64,000 nt of DNA from positions 1,184,001-1,248,000 of the forward strand of contig CBDCSU010000006.1 in the NCBI GenBank assembly GCA_965221775.1. Reading direction: 5' to 3'. How positions within the stretch are numbered: position 1 is the first letter of the stretch; every line of letters starts with the position of its first letter. Below are positions 36,626 to 46,963 of this stretch, in pieces. The DNA comes from Candidatus Latescibacterota bacterium (GTDB lineage: Bacteria > Latescibacterota > UBA2968 > UBA8231). Made by a program: the position numbers and the translations under genes. Below the pieces are notes generated by a model. It was not told where the DNA came from. It made no database searches and worked only from the letters and a program-made list of their open reading frames with translations.

Positions 36626-39067
36626 ATGAGCGACCCCGAGCGCGGCTTCCTCCTGCACCTCTTCCACCGCCAGCAGAACGGCCGGCCCGTCCTCTTCGGG
36701 GTGGGCCGCCTGGAGTCGGGGCCGACCTTCGCCTTCGCCGACAGCCGCCTCTTGCCCTCCTTCTACCTGCGCGAATCCGAGCTGCCGAGGGCGCGCCCCT
36801 TCTGCACCGGTGTCGGCGCCGAGTTCGACGCCGGCACGGGTCTGACCACCATGGACGGCGAGGCGGTGGTCCGCGTCGGCCTGCGCCAGCCCCGGCAGTT
36901 GCGCCGCCTCGCCGAGGGGCTCCACGGCCACAAGCTGCGCACCTACGAGGCCGACGTCTCCTTCCCGCGGCAGTGGCTCGTGGCCCGCGGGGTGCGCGGC
37001 CCCCTGCGCATCGGCGGGTCGTGGCGCCCCGGCCACGGCGTCGACCGGGTCTACGTCGACCCGGAGGTGGGGCCCGGCGACTGGGAGCCAGATCTCAGAT
37101 TGCTGGCCCTCGACATCGAGACCACCCCCGACGCCGGGCAACTGCTGGCCTGCTCCCTGGTGGCCTGGGGCGGCGGCGGCGAGGAGGTGGAGGAGATCCA
37201 CCTGGCGGGTGAGCCCGCAGCCGGCGACCCCGCCGAGGTGCGCTGCCACGCCACCGAGGCCGAGCTGCTCACCGGACTCCTGGCGCGGGTCCGCGAGCTG
37301 GACCCGGACGTGCTCACCGGCTGGAACCTGGTCGACTTCGACCTCACGGTGCTGCAGCGGCTGTGCCGGACCCACGAGGTGCCCTTCAACCTGGGCCGCT
37401 CCACCGACGAGTCGTGGTACCAGGAGGGCGATGTCTGGGGCGGCAGCCGCGTCGTCGTGTACGGGCGCCAGGTCCTCGACGCCATGCACCTGGTGCGGGC
37501 CACCCTGCAGCGCTTCGAGGACAACCGCCTGCACACGGTGGCCCTCGCCCTCCTCGGCCGCGGCAAGACCTTCGAGGCCAGCGATGGCGATTCCATGCCG
37601 GAGAAGATCCTGGCCGCCTTCCGCGGCGACCGCGCCGCCTTCGCCGGGTACTGCCTCGAGGACTCGCGGCTGGTGCGGGACATCCTGCTGCGCCAGAACC
37701 TCGTGCGCCTCAGCCTGCGGCGGGCCTGCCTCACCGGCCTGCCCCTGGAGCGCGCCTGGGGCTCGGTGGCGGCCTTCGACTTCCTCTACCTCACCGGCCT
37801 GCGGCAGCGCGGCATGGTGGCGCCCACCACCGGCGTCGACCGCGTCAACCAGGAGGGCTCGCCGGGGGGCCTGGTCATGGCCAGCCGCGCCGGGCTCTAC
37901 CGGCACGTCTTCGTCTTCGACTTCAAGAGCCTGTATCCCTCGATCATCCGCACCTTCAACATCGACCCCCTGACCCACCTGGAGGCGCGCGGCTCCAGCC
38001 CCGGGGCGGCGGAAGGGGGCTCGCAGGACGGCCCCGGCGTGGCGGGAGAGCTGCTGCGCGCCCCGAATGGCGCCCTCTTCACGCGCCGCCCGGGGATCCT
38101 GCCCGAGATGCTGGCCGGCTTCTTCGAGGAGCGCGCCCGGGCCCGGGCCGCCGGCGACGAGCTGGCCGCCTTCACCTGCAAGATCGTGATGAACTCCTTC
38201 TACGGGGTCCTGGCCACCGGCTCGTGCCGCTTCGCCGAGGGCGCCCTGGCCGGCGCCATCACCGGCTTCGGCCACTACCTGCTGCGCTGGACCAAGGCCC
38301 TGCTGGAGGACGGGGGCCGCGGCACCGTCCTCTACGGCGACACCGACTCCCTCTTCGTCGACCCCCACCTGCCCGAGGAGCTGGGCGTGGAGGAGGCCCA
38401 CGAGCGCGGGCGCGGCCTGTGCGGCTGGCTCAACGAGCGCCTGGCGGAGCACGTGCGCGAGCGGTTCGACCTGCCCTCGTACCTGGACCTGGAGTTCGAG
38501 AAGTACTACGCCCGCTTCTTCCTGCCGCCCATGCGCGGCGACGCCGAGCGCGGGCGCGCCAAGGGCTACGCCGGCCTCAAGACCGCCGCCGACGGGGGAG
38601 AGGAGGTGGAGATCATCGGCATGGAGGCGGTGCGCCGCGACTGGACCGACCTGGCCCACGAGGTGCAGCGCGACCTGCTGGGGCGCGTCTTCCACGACGC
38701 CCCGGCGGCCGAGCTGGAGGAGCGCGTCCTCGGCTGGGTGGACGCCGTGCGCCGCGGCGAGCGCGACGACGACCTCGTCTACCGCAAGGCCCTGCGCAAG
38801 TCGGTGGAGGGCTACACCCGCACCGTCCCCGCCCACGTGGCCGCGGCGCGACTGCTGCCGGAGCCGCGGGGCACGATCCGCTACCTCGTCACCCGCGACG
38901 GGCCCCAGCCCGCCGGCCGCCTGAGCGCGCCCATCGACTACGAGCACTACATCGAGAAACAGATCCGCCCCATCGTCCGCACCCTCGGACAGGTCTGCGA
39001 CCTGGACGTGGAGGTGGCCCTGGGCGGCACCCCCGACCTCTTCCGCAACGCCGGAGGCAAGCCATGA
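36626..39067 (+). CDS. polB: DNA polymerase II (family B)
   Basis: Exonuclease LDIET, GWNLVDFD, YCLED; polymerase FDFKSLYPSII, KIVMNSFYG, YGDTDS. Confidence 0.93.
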   Translation: MSDPERGFLLHLFHRQQNGRPVLFGVGRLESGPTFAFADSRLLPSFYLRESELPRARPFCTGVGAEFDAGTGLTTMDGEAVVRVGLRQPRQLRRLAEGLHGHKLRTYEADVSFPRQWLVARGVRGPLRIGGSWRPGHGVDRVYVDPEVGPGDWEPDLRLLALDIETTPDAGQLLACSLVAWGGGGEEVEEIHLAGEPAAGDPAEVRCHATEAELLTGLLARVRELDPDVLTGWNLVDFDLTVLQRLCRTHEVPFNLGRSTDESWYQEGDVWGGSRVVVYGRQVLDAMHLVRATLQRFEDNRLHTVALALLGRGKTFEASDGDSMPEKILAAFRGDRAAFAGYCLEDSRLVRDILLRQNLVRLSLRRACLTGLPLERAWGSVAAFDFLYLTGLRQRGMVAPTTGVDRVNQEGSPGGLVMASRAGLYRHVFVFDFKSLYPSIIRTFNIDPLTHLEARGSSPGAAEGGSQDGPGVAGELLRAPNGALFTRRPGILPEMLAGFFEERARARAAGDELAAFTCKIVMNSFYGVLATGSCRFAEGALAGAITGFGHYLLRWTKALLEDGGRGTVLYGDTDSLFVDPHLPEELGVEEAHERGRGLCGWLNERLAEHVRERFDLPSYLDLEFEKYYARFFLPPMRGDAERGRAKGYAGLKTAADGGEEVEIIGMEAVRRDWTDLAHEVQRDLLGRVFHDAPAAELEERVLGWVDAVRRGERDDDLVYRKALRKSVEGYTRTVPAHVAAARLLPEPRGTIRYLVTRDGPQPAGRLSAPIDYEHYIEKQIRPIVRTLGQVCDLDVEVALGGTPDLFRNAGGKP

Positions 39068-40356
39068 ACTGCTGGATCTTCGCCCACAACCCGTTCGAGT
39101 ACTGGATGGAAGGATTCAAGGAACGCTTCGACGCCTGGCACGACGGCGGCGTCCGCGGCCTCGTGGTGGGCCGCATGCAGTTCGACGGCGGCGCCTGCTG
39201 GACGCCGGACCCCAGGGTCTACGAGCGCTTCGGCGAGAGCCCGCCCGAGCCGCCCGCCGCCATTGACCGGGAGAAGGAGCGCCGGTTCCACGCCATGCTC
39301 GACGACGCCGCCCGCCGCGGCTGGCCGGTCTTCATCTTCGGCGCCGGGACGTCGAAGGGCAGCCTCCAGGACCTGGCCAACGCCTTCCCCCAGGTGTCGG
39401 GCTTCATCATCGACGGCCCCGGCGAGAACCACTACGAGCTGGCCTTCCACCACGGCGGCGAGCTGCTCGAGGTGCGCCCCGGAGAGGAGGGCCGCTTCAA
39501 CGAGGTCGGCGCCGACCTCGACCGCGTGCACCGCGGCATCGCCTCCATGCGCCAACGCCTGCACGAGCTGACGCCGGACCGGGTCCGCTACCTGGCGCCG
39601 GCGGGCACCCTCGCCGGCCTGACCCTCTTCGACATCGACGAGGACACCCTCCACTGGCTGCGCGCCCGGCGCGAGTCGTCGCGCCTCTCCTGGGCCCAGG
39701 CGCGGGACAACATCGACGCCGTGGACCGCAAGGTCGAGCTGGGCGGCATCCCCCGCACCGCCGCCTTCTCCTCCCTCACCGGCCAGGACTACCAGCAGAT
39801 GGCCTCGTACTTCGACATCGTCTTCCCCAAGCACTACTACTGGCACCGCGGCTTCGACGGCCTCTACGGCACCGTCGCCCGCTGGGTGCAGCGCCTGTGC
39901 CGCTGGAACCCCTCCCTCACCGAGTCCGACGCCTTCCTCGTGGTGCGCTCCCTCTTCGGCATCGACCTGCCCCGGGTGGACAGCCTCCTCGACATGGAGC
40001 TGGGCTTCCCCCAGGAGTTCTTCGACGAGCTGGTCTTCGACGAGAGCGAGCGCGCCCTGGAGGCCGTGGGCGATCCCGACAAGGTGATCTTCTGGGTCTC
40101 CACCGGGCGCAGCCCCCACGCCGGCGACTCCATGGGGGCCCGCGACCTGCACGGCATCCTCGCCGCCAGCGAGCGCGCCGGCGCCCGCCGTTTCCTGTTC
40201 CACCCGGACCCGGAGATGGGCGCCCCCGAGTGGCGGGTCATCTCCAACATGTGCGGCCGCCTGTGGCAGGAGGACCCGTCGAGCGTGTTCTGGCCGGGCG
40301 ACTCGGCGCGGGGGGACGAGTACAGCGGCGGGCGCCAGCCGGCGGTGGAGGACTGA
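39064..40356 (+). CDS. hypothetical protein (430 aa), possibly TIM-barrel
   Basis: ATGA overlap with polB; host-like codon usage; no family recognised. Confidence 0.75.
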   Translation: MNCWIFAHNPFEYWMEGFKERFDAWHDGGVRGLVVGRMQFDGGACWTPDPRVYERFGESPPEPPAAIDREKERRFHAMLDDAARRGWPVFIFGAGTSKGSLQDLANAFPQVSGFIIDGPGENHYELAFHHGGELLEVRPGEEGRFNEVGADLDRVHRGIASMRQRLHELTPDRVRYLAPAGTLAGLTLFDIDEDTLHWLRARRESSRLSWAQARDNIDAVDRKVELGGIPRTAAFSSLTGQDYQQMASYFDIVFPKHYYWHRGFDGLYGTVARWVQRLCRWNPSLTESDAFLVVRSLFGIDLPRVDSLLDMELGFPQEFFDELVFDESERALEAVGDPDKVIFWVSTGRSPHAGDSMGARDLHGILAASERAGARRFLFHPDPEMGAPEWRVISNMCGRLWQEDPSSVFWPGDSARGDEYSGGRQPAVED

Positions 40357-40380
40357 AGGCTCTCCTAAGGAGACAAGCTC

Positions 40381-42423
40381 ATGACCAGGAGACTCGGCAC
40401 CTTCCTGACTGTCACGCTCACGGCATCCAGTGCATGCCTCGCTCTCGGAGGCGCGAGCGAGCCGCAGGTGGCCACCGTCACCGGCGAGATCCGCAACCCG
40501 GTCTCGCGGGAACTCACCTTTACCTGCGAACTTCCGTCCGCCCTCGAAGAGTTCGACCAGCGCGTCGAGCTCGACAGTCTGGACCGCTTCGCCTTCGAGG
40601 TGCCTGTCGTCCACGGCACCGTGGTCAGCGGGCGCTACGTGGGCGGGGAGCCGAGGTGGAAGTGGGTCCAGTGGCTGGGGGGCTTCCTCTTCGGTCACGA
40701 TCCCCTCGCCTTCTTCGTCGAACCCGGCGACAGTCTGCACGTGGTCATGGACGAGGGCTTCTTCAGTCCCTCCATCTCCTTCAGTGGCGCCAACGCGGAC
40801 AACAGCCGCTTCATCGCCGAGTGGTACCCGGAGTTCTACTCCTTCCGCCTCGACTACGAGGAGCTGGAGGTGGAAGAGTTCAGGCACCTGACAGACCAGC
40901 GGCGGCAGGACCAGTTCGAGTTCTGGTCCGAGAGGGAAGACCAGTACGCCCTCTCTCCGGGTTTCGTCGACTATGCGACAGCCTACGTCAACTACGAGTG
41001 GGCCGAGGAGATGATCTCCTACCCGGAGAGATACCGGGCCGTCAACGGACGCTGGAACGAGGACATTCCCCCGGACTACTTCGACTTTCTCAAGGAGATC
41101 CCCCTGGTCGACGAGAAGGCCATGGGAATACGCGACTATCGCTGGTTCCTCGATCGCACGCTGTACTGGGAAACGAACGAGGGCTTCAAACACAAATACC
41201 CCAGGCTGTCCGATCTCTACGATCTGTCTCCACTGGGCCTTTCGGACTCGGTTCAGACCCGACTCGACTCCTTGTACAAGAGGGACGGGCTGCGACCTGC
41301 CCTGTCGAAGATGGTCGATCTCTCGGCCCTGGGTCTTCCCGATCCGGCCCGGGCCCGACTCGATTCCCTATACGACAGGGAAGGCCGGTACCTGGAGCTC
41401 TCCGAGCAATTCGATCTGGTGAGCCTGGGGGTGTCGGCTGCAGATCAGGCGCACCTCGATTCCCTCTTCAAGAAGGGTGGATTCTCCTTTTCCTCTTCAA
41501 GTGAGGCAGAGGCACCGAGAGTGGACACGACGGGAGGAGAGATCATGTTCCACCTGCCTCTCGAAGTGCCGATCGACTCCCTGCGGAAAGAGCCGCCCAG
41601 GCTGTCCGAGAAGATCGATCTCTCGGCCCTGGGGCTGTCAGGAGTCGCCCAGACCGAACTCGATTCCCTGTACGAGCATCGCGGACGAGTCCCGCTGTCA
41701 GAGAAGGTCGATCTGTCAGGCCTGGGGTTGTCGGCGGCAACCCGGACCCGACTCGACTCGCTCTATGCCGATACGGAATCGCAGACCTGGATGCAGCCCT
41801 GGAGGCAATACGATCTGGCCAAGGAGAGACTGGAAGGGAGAGTGCTCTACTGGTATCTGGCCCACCAGTTGATCGACGGGTTCGAGCGCGGCGAGAACTT
41901 TGCGATCGCTCAGAGAAGATGGGGAGAGTACCAGGCGGCCAATCCCTACCCGGAATATGCAGAGGCCGTCCAGGCGGCCCTGGAAAAGGCCCTGAAGCTG
42001 CAACCCGGACAGCAAGCCCCCGAATTCACCCTCCACGACCTCGACGGCCAACCGGTGTCGCTGAGCCAGTTCATGGGGCAGGTGGTTCTGCTCGACTTCT
42101 GGGCCAGCTGGTGCGGGCCGTGTATCGCCAACCTGCCCGATCTCCGCAGACTCAAGAAGGAGACGGCCGAGCTGCCGGTCGTCTTCCTCAACCTGTCGCT
42201 GGACAGGGATGAGGCCGCGTGGCGAGAGGCGATTGACAAACACCAGATTAGAGGCGTCCACGTGCGCGCGGAAGGGGGCTGGGATGCGGACGTGGCCGAC
42301 TCCTACCAGGTAAGGGCCATACCCTCGTATTACCTGGTGGACTCACAAGGGGTGATCGTGGAGCGTCTGTCCGGGGTACGGGATACGGACGGAATCGTAG
42401 CGACGATCGAGAACAGCTTGTGA
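40381..42423 (+). CDS. secreted TlpA-family thioredoxin-like (redoxin) protein with internal repeats
   Basis: Signal peptide; C-terminal APEFTL..DFWASWCGPC...IPSYYLVD; five internal LSxxxDLSxLGLSxxxxxxLDSLY repeats. Confidence 0.85.
   Translation: MTRRLGTFLTVTLTASSACLALGGASEPQVATVTGEIRNPVSRELTFTCELPSALEEFDQRVELDSLDRFAFEVPVVHGTVVSGRYVGGEPRWKWVQWLGGFLFGHDPLAFFVEPGDSLHVVMDEGFFSPSISFSGANADNSRFIAEWYPEFYSFRLDYEELEVEEFRHLTDQRRQDQFEFWSEREDQYALSPGFVDYATAYVNYEWAEEMISYPERYRAVNGRWNEDIPPDYFDFLKEIPLVDEKAMGIRDYRWFLDRTLYWETNEGFKHKYPRLSDLYDLSPLGLSDSVQTRLDSLYKRDGLRPALSKMVDLSALGLPDPARARLDSLYDREGRYLELSEQFDLVSLGVSAADQAHLDSLFKKGGFSFSSSSEAEAPRVDTTGGEIMFHLPLEVPIDSLRKEPPRLSEKIDLSALGLSGVAQTELDSLYEHRGRVPLSEKVDLSGLGLSAATRTRLDSLYADTESQTWMQPWRQYDLAKERLEGRVLYWYLAHQLIDGFERGENFAIAQRRWGEYQAANPYPEYAEAVQAALEKALKLQPGQQAPEFTLHDLDGQPVSLSQFMGQVVLLDFWASWCGPCIANLPDLRRLKKETAELPVVFLNLSLDRDEAAWREAIDKHQIRGVHVRAEGGWDADVADSYQVRAIPSYYLVDSQGVIVERLSGVRDTDGIVATIENSL
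41195..41775 (+). repeat. five ~31-32-aa (~95-bp) degenerate coding repeats
   Basis: LSDLYDLSPLGLSDSVQTRLDSLY, LSKMVDLSALGLPDPARARLDSLY, LSEQFDLVSLGVSAADQAHLDSLF, LSEKIDLSALGLSGVAQTELDSLY, LSEKVDLSGLGLSAATRTRLDSLY. Confidence 0.85.
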
Positions 42424-42425
42424 GC

Positions 42426-43445
42426 ATGTTCCGCGAGGTCGAGCTGTTCACCTCGGGCTCCGGCGGATACCACACCTACCGCATCCCGGCCCTGGTCTCC
42501 ACCGCCTCGGGCACGCTCCTCGCCTTCTGCGAAGGCCGCCGCGACGACCCCGACGACTTCGGCAAGATCGACATCCTCCTCCGGCGCAGCGCCGACGCCG
42601 GCGCCACCTGGGACGAGCAACGCCTCGTCCACGGCGAGGGCGAGGAGACGATCGGCAACCCCTCTCCCGTCGTCGACTCCGAGACCGGCGCCGTATGGCT
42701 GGCCTTCTGCCGCAACCAGGACCGCGTCTTCCTCACCCGGAGCGGCGACGACGGCCTCACCTGGTCCTGCCCGGAAGAGATCACCACCCGGGGCGCCAAG
42801 GCTCCCCACTGGCACTGGTACGCCACCGGGCCGGGCCACGGGATCCAGCTGACCACCGGCCGCCTGCTCATACCCTGCGACCACCGCGTCGCCCCGCGCC
42901 CACAGGCCCCGTACTCCTGCTCCCACGCCCTCTACAGCGACGACCACGGCCGCACCTGGCGCCACGGCGAGGACCTCGGTTACGGCAGCAACGAATGCCA
43001 GGCCGTCGAGACCCGGGACGGCCGGGTCTGCATGACCACCCGCAACCCCGTGGCCGGCGGCCGCACCGAGGCCTGGAGCACCGACGGGGGCCACACTTGG
43101 TCCGACCTCGCCGTCCGCCGCGACCTGCCCGACCCCGTCTGCCAGGCCAGCATCCTCCGGCTCACCGACGCGGCCGGCGGCGGCCGCAACCGGATCCTGT
43201 TCTCCAACGCCGCCAGCGCCGCCCGGGACCACATGACCGTGCGGCTGAGCTACGACGAGTGCCGGACCTGGGAGGTCTCCCGATGCCTGTACCCGGGCCC
43301 CTCCGCCTACTCCGATCTCGCCGTCGCCGCGGACAAGACGATCTGCTGCCTCTACGAGCGGGGCGTCGAGGAATACCGCGAGAGCATCCGCCTGGCCCGG
43401 TTCGATCTCGAATGGCTCACCGACGGCGCCGACTCGCTCGGCTGA
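42426..43445 (+). CDS. exo-alpha-sialidase (GH33, BNR/Asp-box)
   Basis: YRIP motif, Asp-boxes SADAGATW, SGDDGLTW, SDDHGRTW, STDGGHTW, SYDECRTW; AYSDL. Confidence 0.9.
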   Translation: MFREVELFTSGSGGYHTYRIPALVSTASGTLLAFCEGRRDDPDDFGKIDILLRRSADAGATWDEQRLVHGEGEETIGNPSPVVDSETGAVWLAFCRNQDRVFLTRSGDDGLTWSCPEEITTRGAKAPHWHWYATGPGHGIQLTTGRLLIPCDHRVAPRPQAPYSCSHALYSDDHGRTWRHGEDLGYGSNECQAVETRDGRVCMTTRNPVAGGRTEAWSTDGGHTWSDLAVRRDLPDPVCQASILRLTDAAGGGRNRILFSNAASAARDHMTVRLSYDECRTWEVSRCLYPGPSAYSDLAVAADKTICCLYERGVEEYRESIRLARFDLEWLTDGADSLG

Positions 43446-43489
43446 GGCGGTGGCCAGCGCCGTGACTCTCTCTCCAACAGGAGGAACCG

Positions 43490-44227
43490 ATGAACAGACG
43501 CAGTAACTCTCTCCGGGTGCTCGGCCCATTGCTGATCCCGGCGCTTGCGGCCTGTGACGTCAGTATCGGCTCGGAGGTGATCTCGGCCGAGACAGGGGAC
43601 AGGACCATCCAGGTAACCGGGAGCGGTTCGGTTGCCGGCGAGCCCGATCTGGCAGCGCTCGATCTCGGTGTCTCTGTCGAGGGCGAGACCGTGGCGGAAG
43701 CCCGCGAAGCCGCTGCCGGAGCGATGACCGCGGTACTCAACTCCCTGCGGGGGAACGATGTCGCCGAGGAGGACATGCAGACCGGGAATCTGGGCATCCA
43801 TCCTCAATACGACTATGGCGAGGGGCAACGCACCCTCCGCGGGTACGTGGTGAACAACACCGTCCGCGTGAAGGTCCGGAGACTGGAGAGCCTCGGCGAG
43901 GTCATCGATGACGCCGCCGAGGCAGGAGGAAACAGCATCGTCATCAACTCGATTCGGTTCCTGATCGAGGACACCACGCCCCTGCAGACCCAGGCCCGCA
44001 GGCTGGCGGTGAAGGATGCCGAGGAGAAGGCGAGGACCTTGGCGGAAACCAGCGGCGCAAGCCTGGGGGAACCGCTCTCCATCACGGAGAGCACCTATCT
44101 GCAGGGACCGCCGAGCCCCTTCCAGGGCGAGGAAGCCTTCGCCGATGCAGCCCGCACGTCCACGCCCGTTCTCCCGGGGGAACTCACGGTCACCGTGGCC
44201 GTCACCGTGGTCTACCAGATCGAGTGA
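43490..44227 (+). CDS. SIMPL (DUF541) domain protein
   Basis: IQVTGSGSV..EPD, I.PQYDY, AVKDAEEKA..LA, PGELTVTVAVTVVY. Confidence 0.9.
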   Translation: MNRRSNSLRVLGPLLIPALAACDVSIGSEVISAETGDRTIQVTGSGSVAGEPDLAALDLGVSVEGETVAEAREAAAGAMTAVLNSLRGNDVAEEDMQTGNLGIHPQYDYGEGQRTLRGYVVNNTVRVKVRRLESLGEVIDDAAEAGGNSIVINSIRFLIEDTTPLQTQARRLAVKDAEEKARTLAETSGASLGEPLSITESTYLQGPPSPFQGEEAFADAARTSTPVLPGELTVTVAVTVVYQIE

Positions 44228-44243
44228 GGCCCGGCGGCGAGCC

Positions 44244-46943
44244 ATGAACCGGACCCTGGCAGCGGCGGCGTTGTTGATGGCGGCACCCGCGTGGGCCCAG
44301 GAGAACGTGGCCCTCGGGGCGAGCTACACCCTCGACCCGCCGCCGAACTACGCGCACAGCACCGACGCCGGCGACGGTGTGCAACTGACGGACGGGGTCT
44401 ACACGGAGGGTTACTTCTGGACGCAGTTGTCGACGGTGGGCTGGCAGGAGAAGAAGCCCGTGATCGTGACGATCGACCTGGGCGCGGTGAGGCCCATACG
44501 GGGGGTCTCCTTCAGCACGGCGGGGGGATCCGCGGACGTGAGGTGGCCGCTGGCGATCGGCATCTTCACGGCGGGAGAGGACCGGCTCTTCCACGAGATC
44601 GGGGACCTGGTGGAGTTGAGCGCGGAACACGGCTCCCCTTCCGCGTCGGAGTACGGGACCCATCGATACTGGACGGATGAGTTGCGCACCCACGGCCGTC
44701 ATGTCGGTCTGGTCGTGTGGAACGAGCCCTTCACCTTCGTCGACGAGATCGAGGTCTACGCGGGCGAGGCGGAGTGGGTCGACGAGCCGCTGCCGGGGCC
44801 GGGGATCGCCGACCTGAAGGCGCACGCGGGCCGGCTCGCCATCCAGGCGGGGATCCGGACCCGCATCTCGCGGGACATGCAGGCCCTGAGGCGGGCGGCG
44901 GAAGAAGAGGGTGTCCCGGCGCAGACGCGGGGCGAGGTGCTGGACGAGCTGGCCGCCGTGGAGGCGGAACTGGCCGAGGCGGGCGCCGCCTTCGGAGACG
45001 ACTTTCGGGCGGTGCTGCCCCTGAATCCGTGGCACGAGCGCGTGCTGCGCGCGCAGGCTCGGCTGTGGCGCGCCCGGGGGCTGCAGCCGCTCACCTTCTG
45101 GCGCTCGAACCTGTGGGATCCGCTGCCCCTCATCGGAACGCCGGACACGGCCGCGGGACCGGCCCTCGAGGTCCACCTGATGCGCAAGGAGCACCGAGCG
45201 GCCGCATTCAATGTGAGCAACAGCGGCGACGAGCCGGTGCAGGTGGCCTTCCGCCTGAGCGGGTTTCCGGGGGGCGACAACCCGGGGTACGTGACCGTCC
45301 ACGAGGTGGCCTGGACGGACACGCGCACCGGGGTGCCGGTGGCCGCGGCCCTGCCCGAGGTCGCTGCCGAGGACGGTCGGTACGCGGTCTCCGTGCCCTC
45401 GGGCATGACCCGGCAGGTGTGGCTCACCTTCCATCCCGTGGACGCGGCGCCGGGGATCCACGAGGGCGAGGTGATCGTGGAGTCCGGCGGGGGCGCGCGG
45501 TTCCCGCTGCGAATGCACCTCTATCCCCTCGACTTCCCGGAAGAGCCGTCCCTGCACCTGGGCGGATGGGACTACACGGACCAGGTCGGCCATCACCGCC
45601 TGGTGACGGACCGGAACCGCCCGGCGCTGATCCGGCATCTCCGCGAGCACCTCGTCGACTCGCCGTGGGGTCTGCCGTGGGCGCTGCCGCGGGGCACGCA
45701 CGATGCGCAGGGGGCTATGACGGCGCCGCCCGACACGGACCACTTCGATGCCTGGCTCGAGCTGTGGCCGGGCGCGTCCCGGTACCTCGTCTTCGCGAAG
45801 GTGGGCACTCACTTCGAGTCGTGGGAGATGGGCACGCCGGAGTTCGCGACGGCGGTGAAGGCGTGGGTCACGTTCTGGGCGGGACAGATGGAGGCGAAGG
45901 GCCTGCAGCCGGAACAGCTGGCGCTGCTGCTGGTGGACGAGCCCCGCGAGCCGGCCCATGACGAGCGCATCCTGGCGTGGGCGAAGGCGATCCGCGAGGC
46001 GGGCACGGGGGTCCGCGTCTGGGAGAACCCGAACCACCGCGACATGAGCCAGGCGAACCAGGAGATGATCGATGCGTGCCACGTCCTGTGCCCCCACCGA
46101 CAGATCTTCCTGGAGGCGGGCCAGGACTACCGCGACTACTACGTGGAGAAGCGCGAGCAGGGGATCGAGCTGGAGTTCTACTCGGCGTGGGCGACGCGTC
46201 TCTTCGATCCGTACGCCGGCCGGCTGACGGCGTGGACGAGCTGGCGCTACGGGGCGACGGGGATGCACTTCTGGTCGATGGGCGACACCGGCGGCGAGTC
46301 CTCGTGGAACGAGTACGCGGCCTCGAAGGACGGGTACGCGCCCCTGTTCCTCGACGAGCACTCGGTGACGGCCGGCAAGCAGCTCGAAGCGGTGCGCGAA
46401 GGGGTGGAGGACTACGAGTACTTCGCCATGCTGGACCGGGAGATCCGCAAGGCAGCGGAGCAGGGGGTGACGGGTCCGGAGGCGGAGGAGGCGCGCCGGC
46501 TGCTGGAGAGGCTGCCGGTGACCGTTCTGGAGGCGGCGGGCCGGGAGACCCACTGGCTGAGCGGGATCGACCGCACCCTGGCCGACGAGGCGCGGATCCA
46601 GGTGCTGGAGGCGTTGACCGAGCTGACGGCCCTCACCGCCGTGGCGCAGCCGGCCTCCCGGCCCCACGAGTTCCGGTTGGAGCAGAACCACCCCAACCCC
46701 TTCAATCCCGAGACGATGATCGGGTTCTCTGTCCGCGGGCGGGGCGACGTCGAGCTCGCGATCTACAACCTCGCCGGGCAGAGGGCCCGGACCCTGCTGA
46801 GCGCGGTCCTCGAGGCGGGGAAGCACTCGGCCCGGTGGGACGGCCGCGACGACCACGGACGCAAGCTGGCCAGCGGCGTGTATGTCTACAGGCTGCGGGC
46901 AGGGGAGCAGGTCGATACGCGCAGGCTGCTGCTGCTCAAGTAG
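44244..46943 (+). CDS. secreted glycoside-hydrolase-like protein (discoidin-like N-terminus, DUF4091-like region) with FlgD/T9SS type-A C-terminal domain
   Basis: Signal peptide; LTDG...IDLG..EIEVY; LEAVREGVEDYEY; QNHPNPFNPET...IYNLAGQ...WDGRD..G..LASGVYVYRL. Confidence 0.75.
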   Translation: MNRTLAAAALLMAAPAWAQENVALGASYTLDPPPNYAHSTDAGDGVQLTDGVYTEGYFWTQLSTVGWQEKKPVIVTIDLGAVRPIRGVSFSTAGGSADVRWPLAIGIFTAGEDRLFHEIGDLVELSAEHGSPSASEYGTHRYWTDELRTHGRHVGLVVWNEPFTFVDEIEVYAGEAEWVDEPLPGPGIADLKAHAGRLAIQAGIRTRISRDMQALRRAAEEEGVPAQTRGEVLDELAAVEAELAEAGAAFGDDFRAVLPLNPWHERVLRAQARLWRARGLQPLTFWRSNLWDPLPLIGTPDTAAGPALEVHLMRKEHRAAAFNVSNSGDEPVQVAFRLSGFPGGDNPGYVTVHEVAWTDTRTGVPVAAALPEVAAEDGRYAVSVPSGMTRQVWLTFHPVDAAPGIHEGEVIVESGGGARFPLRMHLYPLDFPEEPSLHLGGWDYTDQVGHHRLVTDRNRPALIRHLREHLVDSPWGLPWALPRGTHDAQGAMTAPPDTDHFDAWLELWPGASRYLVFAKVGTHFESWEMGTPEFATAVKAWVTFWAGQMEAKGLQPEQLALLLVDEPREPAHDERILAWAKAIREAGTGVRVWENPNHRDMSQANQEMIDACHVLCPHRQIFLEAGQDYRDYYVEKREQGIELEFYSAWATRLFDPYAGRLTAWTSWRYGATGMHFWSMGDTGGESSWNEYAASKDGYAPLFLDEHSVTAGKQLEAVREGVEDYEYFAMLDREIRKAAEQGVTGPEAEEARRLLERLPVTVLEAAGRETHWLSGIDRTLADEARIQVLEALTELTALTAVAQPASRPHEFRLEQNHPNPFNPETMIGFSVRGRGDVELAIYNLAGQRARTLLSAVLEAGKHSARWDGRDDHGRKLASGVYVYRLRAGEQVDTRRLLLLK

Positions 46944-46963
46944 GACATCCGACAAGGAGATCC

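Noticed and set aside
36626-39067. Family B polymerase as a sign of a phage, casposon or pipolin
   Set aside because: Has cellular Pol II architecture, host-like codon usage and no mobile-element neighbours
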